Source of the DNA: an uncultured bacterium
GTDB taxonomy: Bacteria; UBP14; UBA6098; B30-G16
Direction: 5' to 3'
Assembly (NCBI GenBank): GCA_965552135.1
Contig: CBEVQY010000019.1
Location: 1-51,693 of the forward strand
Length of the DNA stretch: 51,693 nucleotides
Position numbers and translations under genes: made by a program. Within the stretch, counting starts at the first letter, position 1, and each line of letters starts with the position of its first letter. Below are positions 45,601 to 51,693 of the stretch, in pieces. Under the pieces are notes generated by a model. That model did no database searches. It saw only the letters and a list, made by a program, of their open reading frames with translations, and was not told the origin of the DNA.

Positions 45601-48600
45601 TCTTCGACCACTGGAGCGGCGACGCAAGCGGAACGCGGGCAAGCTGCTCCAACAGCATAACGATGACGGCGGCGCGGGTGGCGGTCGCCAACTGGTCGGA
45701 GCAATATCGCGTTGCCTTCTGCGCCGTCACGGAGCTTGGGGCGCCGCTTTCGTCGTCTAATTATGCGACCGTCACCGTCGACGGAACGCCGCAGCACGTA
45801 TGGGACGGAAACTGCTTTGCGTTCTGGGCGTCGGCTGGATCAACCCACCCATACTCCTTCAGCTACACATCCTCCGCAAGCGACGGTGTTCACCGCTGGT
45901 TCTGCGCAACGCCGCCCGCGGGAACGATATCCGGCGCCGACTCCGTCGTCGCATACTACAGGGAGCAGTGGTGGTTCGAGGTCGACGAGAACGGTCATTC
46001 GTCGCCCTGCGTTGGCAGCGAGGGCTGGTACGACGTCGGCTCCACGGCGCATGCGTGCGTTGCGGAAAGCATCGTCTACAGCGGCGAAACGAGGTACGTC
46101 TTCGACCACTGGAGCGGCGACGTGAGCGGAACGTGTGCCTCGTCATCCTCGGGGCGCGTGATGGACGGAACATACACCGGCGTCGCCAACTGGCGCACCC
46201 AACACAGGCTAACGCTCACCTACTCCGGCACTCCCGTGGCGCCGGAGCTTGCTGGCGCAGGATGGTACGACGAGGGGACGGTCGCCTCGATATCGGCAGA
46301 GGACCCCGTTTGGGACGACGGCATCCGCTACGACTTCGACCACTGGTCGGGCGCGCCGGTAGCCGACTCGACGTCGCCGGCAACAACGATCGTTATGGAT
46401 GAGCCGCACACGGCGGAGGCGATCTACACCCTCGCGGGCGCACAGATGATAGTCGAGGCGGCGGGTGGTCCCGATTCGGTCAGAGTGGACGGCATCTGGC
46501 GCGCATCGCCGTGCACGATGCTCGTTGCGCTCGGAAGCTCGCACGAGATATTCGTCGACTCGATCGTGTCGTTCGCCCCCGGCAGCCGCTACAGGTTCAC
46601 CGGTTGGAGCGACGGCGCGACATCGACGCTCAGGAACGTTACCGTCAACTCGGGGACGACGTTTACGGCGAACTTCGTCACGGAGTACTACATCGCCGTT
46701 GACGCTGGCGGGCACGGCACGGCCACGGGCGAGGGCTGGTACGAGGCGGGGAGCGAGGCTACCATCTCCGCAGACTCCGTCGCCGACGCGACCCCTCGCG
46801 ACCGCTACCGCTTCGACGGCTGGGTGGGCGACGCGTACACAGGCGCCGAAAACCCTGCAACCTTCACCGTAACCGGACCAGCCACCGAAACGGCGCAGTG
46901 GGCGCATCAGTACCGCTTCCAGGTCTTCTGCGACTACGACGACCCCGTGCCGCCGGCGGGCATCCACTGGTTCGACGAGGGCAGCACCCAAAGCGGGTAT
47001 GTGACCTCGCCCGACACGATCGCACACAAGACCTGCGTTGGCTACATAGGCACGGGCGCGCTGCCAAGCGGCGGCGGAACGTCGTTCTCGTACACTGTCA
47101 CCGACTCGGCGTCGGTGCAGTGGCTCTGGGTCGACCAGCTCAAGCTGATCGTCCACAGCCCCATAGCGCCCGACGAAACCCTCTACTACGACAACGGCTC
47201 TGCGGTGACATACTCCGTCGAGTGCACGGTCTACACCTCGCCGGATGAGCGCTATATCAGCGACGGCTGGACGGGCACAGGCTCCGCCCCCGCCGAAGGC
47301 GATTCGTGCGCCGTCGCCTTCACCATAACGGAGGACTCCGAGATCTGGTGGAACTACCGCCGCCAGGTGACCTTTACGGTGAGCAATCCCGACGGCTACG
47401 ACGACCCACAGCCCCCCGTGGGAACCCACTGGTACGACGACGGAACCTACGTCGTCGCCTGGGTGACGTCGCCGGATGATAGCGCGTACGTCATCGGCTG
47501 GAGCGGCACGGGATCCCTTTCGGACGGATACGGCGACTCAGCCGCGTTCATCATAACGGAGCCGTCGTCGATCACGTGGAACTGGACCGTCGTATCGCCG
47601 GGTGAGACGGTTTACGTGCTTATGGTCTTTTCGCCCTACGGCAGCCCCGTGCCCTCCGGCGTGAGCTACTTCCCCGCAGGGACGGAGATAACCTGCTACG
47701 TTGAGGATTCGGTTTGGGTCTCCGGCGAGTGGCGCTACTGCAGCGGCTGGCTCGGCGGAGGCTCCGTGCCCGACTCGGGCGACTCGAACATCCTGACATT
47801 CACCATAAACGAGGACTCGTGGATCGTCTGGCAGTGGACGGGTCCGGTGATGTATCCTCTGACGGTGCACAACCCCGGCGGCTACGACGATCCCAACCCG
47901 CCCGAGGGAACCCACTACTACTCCGAGGGCACGGAGGTGACCGCCTCGGTCACATCCCCCGACGGCTGGTACTTCTGCACGGGCTGGAGCGGCACGGGAT
48001 CAGTGCCCGACTCCGGCTACGGGACGTCCGTCACGTTCACGATGACCGAGCCCTCGGAGATCACCTGGCACTGGGAGTACTGGACAGGTCCCGTTTGCAC
48101 GCTCTGGGTCTATTCGCCCTACGGCTCCCCCACACCGTGCGGCATGACGATTTACCCGCACGGGACGGTGATCACGGCAAGCGTTGAGGAGTCGGTGTAC
48201 GTTGACGGCGAGTGGCACCACTGCACCGGCTGGATCGGGACGGGTTCGGTTCTCCCCTCGGGCAGCGCAAACACAACGACGTTCACCATAACCGAGAACT
48301 CCACCCTGACGTGGGTTTGGGACGGCATTTTGCGCTGGAGCCTCGAGATCGCAAGCGACTTCGACGCACCGGTTCCGCCCGTGGGCGTCCACTGGTACGA
48401 GGACGGCGCGCTCGTTTCGGGATACGTTACATCCCCGGACGACACGATGGTCTGCACGGGCTTTGTCGGCACAGGCTCGGCGCCGGAGTTCGGCTTCGGG
48501 ACGTCGTTCGAGTTCGTTATCCACGAACACTCGTCGGTTGTGTGGCTCTGGGAGCGGATGGCGGACGTGGTTTCGCTTACCGTAAGCTCTCCGTACGGCA

Positions 48601-50270
48601 GCCCAACGCCGCCCGTGGGAACCACTTACTACACAGTTGGCACGCCGGTATTCGCCAGCGTGGATGACACCGTTTGGGAGGGCGACGTGCGCCACGTCTG
48701 CACCGGATGGCTCGGGACGGGTTCGGTGCCGCCCGCGGGAACCGAAAACTCGCTATCCTTCGTCATCGACACCAACTCCACCCTCGACTGGCAGTTTTTG
48801 ACGCAATACCGCGTTCGGGTTAGCTATACAGGCTGTGGGGGCGCCACGCCATCCCAGAGCGGCGCGGGATGGTACGACTCCGCCTCGGTGGCGACTATAT
48901 CGACGGATCCGGTTGTCGAAAGCGGCGGGACGCTTTTCGTCTTCAGCCACTGGAGCGGCATCTGCGGCGACGACTCCGTCCACCCGACGACGTCGTTCGA
49001 GGTTACGGCGCCGTGCTCCGCGGTGGCGATCTACAACGTCGGGGCGCGGATAACGCTCGTTAAAAACCCGCGGGAGGACTGGGGAGGTTTTGTCGTCGAC
49101 GGCGACACCATAGCGCCCACCGACTCGACAACGCTTTTCTGGGCGCTGGGGTCGTTCCACACCATCGCCCCGACGAACCCCGACCAAAGCGGCGATACCG
49201 TAAGATACGAGTTTATTGGCTGGGACGACTCGCCCGAGACCACACGAACCTTCGGACCCGTCGCCGGAGATACGACGCTTGTGGCGAACTACACGCTCAG
49301 GTACGTCTATCGCGTTCTCAAGGAGCCTGCGGTCGATACGTTCGGCTACGTTTACATCGACACGCTCTTCTTCGAGGGTGGCGCGTCTGCGGCGGCTGAG
49401 GGCTGGTTCCCGCCCGAGGCGGTGGTGCGGGCACAGCTATCGTACACCGACGAATCCCCCGACGGCAACCTCGTCTTCACGCTGCGCGAATGGGACGACG
49501 GCTGGACAGACCCGATCAGATACGACACGCTCACAACGCCCATTGAGCGCACAGCCTACTACGACGGTCGCGTTCTGGTCAGGCTCGCGAAGGTTCCTTC
49601 GGAACACTACGGCTGGTTCCGCTTGGGCGACTCGCTGTACAGCGGGATGAGCATCGCCGTTGGTTGGGCGCCCTGGGGCGATTCGGTGGAGGTTGAGGCG
49701 AGCGCCTTCGACCTCGTGCCGGGATCAGACACCGCATACATCTTCGACCACTGGAGCGACGGCGGCGCAAGGTGCCACAACGCAATCTTCTACTCCACGG
49801 CAACGCTTATCGCCTACTACAACATGATGAGCGTTGACCTCACGCTTTGCATCGACCCCGACACGGTCAACTTCGACACGATGTCGGTAAGCGAGCTTAG
49901 GACGACGTCTTCCGAGGAGGCGCCCGTTGTGCGCAACTGCGGGAATATGGTCCTCGACTTCGGTCTGCGTGTCGTCGACCCGGGCGGCATCTGGACGCCA
50001 TCCTACGCCCCCGGCGCGGATAAGTTCGTCCTGCGGGCGAGGTTCGAAGACCCCGGCACCGTGCCGACGGTCTTCTCGCCCATACGCGACCTTGTGAAGA
50101 CCACGACGTCGTGGGCAACGGAGGAGGACTTCGGCACAAGGGGATACAACATCGCGCCCGACGAGGAAAACGTCCTGTGGCTGCAGTTTATCGCGCCAAC
50201 AACATCGTCGGTGTACGAGACGAGAATGACGATGCTTCTGACGCTGGTCATAAGGGTCCATATGCCGTAG
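42618..50270 (+). CDS. Giant (2550 aa) secreted multidomain surface/adhesin-like protein
   Basis: Signal peptide; charged N-region; cleaved-adhesin-like jelly roll (WESFEG..FPP.GW); Gly-rich domain; long array of InlB-B-repeat-like beta units (GWY..G, Y.F..WS); distinct C-terminal domain. Confidence 0.9.
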   Translation: MFWRKGATIWLFILAASLPAFGLGDVTAFFASDDKALRGRSDELDYVLDLRWLDVQPLYWQMIEASDPASRIEAAREAIEILRDYEKQITDVAVSSGALDEDEATERRRRVLALLDSLGALSDDELLALLPNPSAGPKRTNVDPRERFRREAMQKKQKFPPRRKPVERSSIVEPTSFGSFAGRRIIKRDNDVSGAPVGYEIPRCWYELPEGVRPPLRIVVERDTTIRDFAAGEPLPLSEGLARTEEEMAWTFWWESFEGSTFPPPGWSRSGLHSSPYTWHRNSTYHCSGSYSAAVYWQDTDWQDEYLFTPNINISTCYNIHLRFYLTMNQTDWANGWYNWLFLYYSVDGGTYYFYTYYDENASCSYKNLDLTSLLDRHTQVSFCFNYYGYDGFNLAIDYVNLYGETDGYANSTDSTNWGGGNMYISGKKTIFGKFYNINKFTVASGANLIVKAYNPSFPNSGLVSIYAETIFVYGTIDADEAGYPGGRGGDGGDWSYSEGGGGGYGGGGPGAGGTGGNGANGTSGSCSDWGETDYTFSGGGGGGGGGGGSYGCNYAASGGYGGTGGCAESEDCGAYQAGGAGGTPGGGGGSYGSSYGFNVYRGSGGGGGGGGGGGGYYDYSAPGGPAGAGGGAIILKAIRLYSVGTLTADGGDGGDGGYGSDAYLDTNSPFADDAYYGGGGGGGGGGGGSGGGILVMAENLYIGGLITARGGWGGTGGSGGAGDCSFGWGSCTSCGAGSDGASGGRGGGGRIKIYYGRQTTNNAAILRTGNCNGTYVYRQLPATTIATNPSGRRVVVDGVTYTAPVTFYWLPGTRHTISAPSPQYVGMRRYVWYSWSDGGAQTHEITAPTSATTITANFNCEYHLVFEVHTTTSGTDLSSTNHATLTLDGTPHSLWDGHPYDVWVACGSSHSYSFSSTSSGSGSTHRWYCASPPSGIISSPDTIRAYYAEQWWLDVDENGHSAPCPGVEGWYNHGTTVCACVEDSIVVEGGTRYVFDHWSGDASGTRASCSNSITMTAARVAVANWSEQYRVAFCAVTELGAPLSSSNYATVTVDGTPQHVWDGNCFAFWASAGSTHPYSFSYTSSASDGVHRWFCATPPAGTISGADSVVAYYREQWWFEVDENGHSSPCVGSEGWYDVGSTAHACVAESIVYSGETRYVFDHWSGDVSGTCASSSSGRVMDGTYTGVANWRTQHRLTLTYSGTPVAPELAGAGWYDEGTVASISAEDPVWDDGIRYDFDHWSGAPVADSTSPATTIVMDEPHTAEAIYTLAGAQMIVEAAGGPDSVRVDGIWRASPCTMLVALGSSHEIFVDSIVSFAPGSRYRFTGWSDGATSTLRNVTVNSGTTFTANFVTEYYIAVDAGGHGTATGEGWYEAGSEATISADSVADATPRDRYRFDGWVGDAYTGAENPATFTVTGPATETAQWAHQYRFQVFCDYDDPVPPAGIHWFDEGSTQSGYVTSPDTIAHKTCVGYIGTGALPSGGGTSFSYTVTDSASVQWLWVDQLKLIVHSPIAPDETLYYDNGSAVTYSVECTVYTSPDERYISDGWTGTGSAPAEGDSCAVAFTITEDSEIWWNYRRQVTFTVSNPDGYDDPQPPVGTHWYDDGTYVVAWVTSPDDSAYVIGWSGTGSLSDGYGDSAAFIITEPSSITWNWTVVSPGETVYVLMVFSPYGSPVPSGVSYFPAGTEITCYVEDSVWVSGEWRYCSGWLGGGSVPDSGDSNILTFTINEDSWIVWQWTGPVMYPLTVHNPGGYDDPNPPEGTHYYSEGTEVTASVTSPDGWYFCTGWSGTGSVPDSGYGTSVTFTMTEPSEITWHWEYWTGPVCTLWVYSPYGSPTPCGMTIYPHGTVITASVEESVYVDGEWHHCTGWIGTGSVLPSGSANTTTFTITENSTLTWVWDGILRWSLEIASDFDAPVPPVGVHWYEDGALVSGYVTSPDDTMVCTGFVGTGSAPEFGFGTSFEFVIHEHSSVVWLWERMADVVSLTVSSPYGSPTPPVGTTYYTVGTPVFASVDDTVWEGDVRHVCTGWLGTGSVPPAGTENSLSFVIDTNSTLDWQFLTQYRVRVSYTGCGGATPSQSGAGWYDSASVATISTDPVVESGGTLFVFSHWSGICGDDSVHPTTSFEVTAPCSAVAIYNVGARITLVKNPREDWGGFVVDGDTIAPTDSTTLFWALGSFHTIAPTNPDQSGDTVRYEFIGWDDSPETTRTFGPVAGDTTLVANYTLRYVYRVLKEPAVDTFGYVYIDTLFFEGGASAAAEGWFPPEAVVRAQLSYTDESPDGNLVFTLREWDDGWTDPIRYDTLTTPIERTAYYDGRVLVRLAKVPSEHYGWFRLGDSLYSGMSIAVGWAPWGDSVEVEASAFDLVPGSDTAYIFDHWSDGGARCHNAIFYSTATLIAYYNMMSVDLTLCIDPDTVNFDTMSVSELRTTSSEEAPVVRNCGNMVLDFGLRVVDPGGIWTPSYAPGADKFVLRARFEDPGTVPTVFSPIRDLVKTTTSWATEEDFGTRGYNIAPDEENVLWLQFIAPTTSSVYETRMTMLLTLVIRVHMP
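44064..44870 (+). repeat. Glycine-rich low-complexity region (GGN codon runs) within the giant protein
   Basis: Long poly-Gly runs (e.g. GSGGGGGGGGGGGGY) punctuated by Cys and aromatic residues; mixed GGC/GGT/GGA codons. Confidence 0.9.
45200..46200 (+). repeat. Intragenic tandem duplication, 498-bp (166-aa) period
   Basis: Identical 31-mer AGGTACGTCTTCGACCACTGGAGCGGCGACG at 45594 and 46092; GAGCAGTGGTGG at 45465 and 45963; both offsets are 498. Boundaries approximate. Confidence 0.85.
46908..48798 (+). repeat. Eight ~75-85-aa repeats in alternating A/B subtypes within the giant protein
   Basis: A units: DxPxPPxG.H(W/Y)...VTSPD. B units: SPYGSP...V(E/D)xxV (first B degenerate). Units share approximately GxxGTGS and mostly end in WxW. 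Confidence 0.85.
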
Positions 50271-50288
50271 CCTGCGGCGGATGCGCGC

Positions 50289-50316
50289 TTGTCAGGCTGC
50301 GCGCACGCTTTATCCT
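50289..50316 (+). promoter_or_regulatory. Sigma70-type promoter of amrS
   Basis: TTGTCA-16 nt-TATCCT, followed by a G/A-rich SD and GTG 50336. Confidence 0.5.
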
Positions 50317-50335
50317 TCGGGAGAGGGGGAAGAAG

Positions 50336-51490
50336 GTGAAACGAGTTGGGAGAACCGTGATCCGCGTTGTGTGTGCGCTTGCGTTTGCGCTGTGCGCCCT
50401 AAGTCTCTCCAACGCCTCCATCCTCGACAAGCTCAAGAAGGCGGTTATAATCACGGCGGAGCGCATCCGCGGCTGGGACCTCTCGCTGCACGAGGCGATG
50501 TGGTACAAAAAGCTCGCCGACGGGTCTGTGCAGTGCGAGCTTTGCCCGTTCAGATGCGTTCTTTCGGAGGGTCAGCGTGGCATATGCGGCGTTAGAGCCA
50601 ACGTTGGTGGTAAGCTTCGGGCGCTCACATACGGAAAACCCGTAGCTATGCACGTCGACCCCATCGAGAAAAAGCCCCTCTTCCACTTCCTGCCGGGGAC
50701 GAAGTCGTTTTCGATAGCCACTGTGGGCTGCAACCTGTCGTGCAACTTCTGCCAGAACTGGACGATATCGCAGGCGCTGCCGGAAGAGGGGGAGCATGCG
50801 AACGTCTCTCCAGAGGAGGTCGTCGCTCAGGCGCTGGCTACGGGATGCAAGTCCATCGCCTACACCTACTCCGAGCCGACCGTGTTCTACGAATACATGT
50901 ACGACACCGGAAAGCTTGCCCACAAGGCAGGTCTTAAGAACGTTTGGGTGACGTGCGGTTACATAAACGAAAAGCCGCTGCGCAAGCTCTGCGAGGTGAT
51001 AGACGCCGCCAACGTCGATCTGAAAGGACCTGAGAGCTTTTACAACGAGTACACCCGCTCGTCGCGCGAGCCCGTCCTAAGGACGCTTCGGATCCTTCGG
51101 GAGGAGGGCGTTTGGGTCGAGGTGACGAACCTCATAATCCCCGGCGCCAACGACGATCCCGACACGATCCGCGCCATGTGCCGCTGGCTTGTGGATTCGC
51201 TGGGGCCCGATGTTCCGCTTCACTTCTCGCGCTTTCACCCCAACTACAAGCTCACCGACCGCCCGCCGACGCCCGTGGAGACGTTGCACATGGCGCGCCA
51301 GATCGCCCTCGAGGAAGGGTTGCTTTACGTCTACATCGGCAACGTCCCCGGCGACGACGGCGAAGACACGTATTGCCCGCCCACGGGCGAAAAGGTCATC
51401 GACAGGCTGGGCTTTTGGATAATAAGCTACAAGCTTGGTCCCGACGGCACCTGCGCAAACGGATATAAAATATCCGGCGTTTGGCGCTGA
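50336..51490 (+). CDS. amrS: AmmeMemoRadiSam system radical SAM enzyme with N-terminal signal/TM-like extension
   Basis: HEAMWY...CELCPFRC...G.CGVR, DPIEKKPLFHF.PG, CNLSCNFCQNW, AYTYSEP, HFSRFHP.Y, Y.GNV. Confidence 0.9.
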   Translation: MKRVGRTVIRVVCALAFALCALSLSNASILDKLKKAVIITAERIRGWDLSLHEAMWYKKLADGSVQCELCPFRCVLSEGQRGICGVRANVGGKLRALTYGKPVAMHVDPIEKKPLFHFLPGTKSFSIATVGCNLSCNFCQNWTISQALPEEGEHANVSPEEVVAQALATGCKSIAYTYSEPTVFYEYMYDTGKLAHKAGLKNVWVTCGYINEKPLRKLCEVIDAANVDLKGPESFYNEYTRSSREPVLRTLRILREEGVWVEVTNLIIPGANDDPDTIRAMCRWLVDSLGPDVPLHFSRFHPNYKLTDRPPTPVETLHMARQIALEEGLLYVYIGNVPGDDGEDTYCPPTGEKVIDRLGFWIISYKLGPDGTCANGYKISGVWR

Positions 51491-51528
51491 GTCCCTCCCG
51501 TCCCCCGAGCTTTTGCCGCTGATGGGGG

Positions 51529-51557
51529 TTGAAACCCGCTGGGAAGATCAGTATTTT
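51529..51557 (+). promoter_or_regulatory. Sigma70-type promoter of the right-edge gene
   Basis: TTGAAA-17 nt-TATTTT, then SD AGGAGG. Confidence 0.5.
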
Positions 51558-51581
51558 TAATGTGAGGGCAGGAGGTGTTGT

Positions 51582-51693
51582 ATGCTTCGTTTTTTTGCGT
51601 TTGCGTTGTTGCTTTTCTCGATTGTTTTGGGGCAGTCTGACAGCGTTGTGTACTACAACATGGAGCTTGTTGGTGTTTGGACTACCCCGGACA
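51582..51693 (+). CDS. Secreted protein, N-terminal fragment (runs off right edge; possibly LVIVD/beta-propeller type)
   Basis: SD AGGAGG; MLRFFAFALLLFSIVLG-QSDSVVYYNMELVGVWTTPD. Confidence 0.65.
   Translation, partial: MLRFFAFALLLFSIVLGQSDSVVYYNMELVGVWTTPD

Overview
Gene-dense chromosomal segment of about 60% GC (by eye) from a diderm, probably anaerobic bacterium of FCB-like character. This is inferred from a GT9 LPS transferase, TolC, T9SS-type C-terminal sorting domains and a gingipain-like protease. Most of the window is a scrambled mix of housekeeping genes: glmS, purS, pssA, rnc, ribF, etfBA, rlmD, tRNA-Phe, recD2, mgtE and transporters. Four large secreted or surface proteins are interspersed: a phage-tail-fibre-like protein at the left edge (missed by the ORF track), a VWA protein with a type-B CTD, a 1425-aa C25 protease, and a 2550-aa Gly-rich, repeat-stalk adhesin-like protein. 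No CRISPR, IS, integrase or reverse transcriptase was seen. Main observations: (1) GGCC is strongly avoided across the window except in the downstream part of the fibre gene, which also shows an abrupt codon-usage switch, pointing to a mosaic, module-swapped adhesin. (2) The split B12 mutase has the Phe/Gln active-site signature of isobutyryl-CoA mutase and sits near an HdrD-like Fe-S protein and EtfAB. (3) Exported proteins are rich in the D-S/T-hydrophobic O-glycosylation sequon. (4) Several genes appear to be transcribed leaderless. (5) A lone BMC vertex gene and an unannotated 30-aa ORF lie in an MFP-TolC-MgtE gene run. (6) An AmmeMemoRadiSam radical SAM enzyme carries a signal-peptide-like N-terminus. 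All family assignments are from motif recognition, not database searches.
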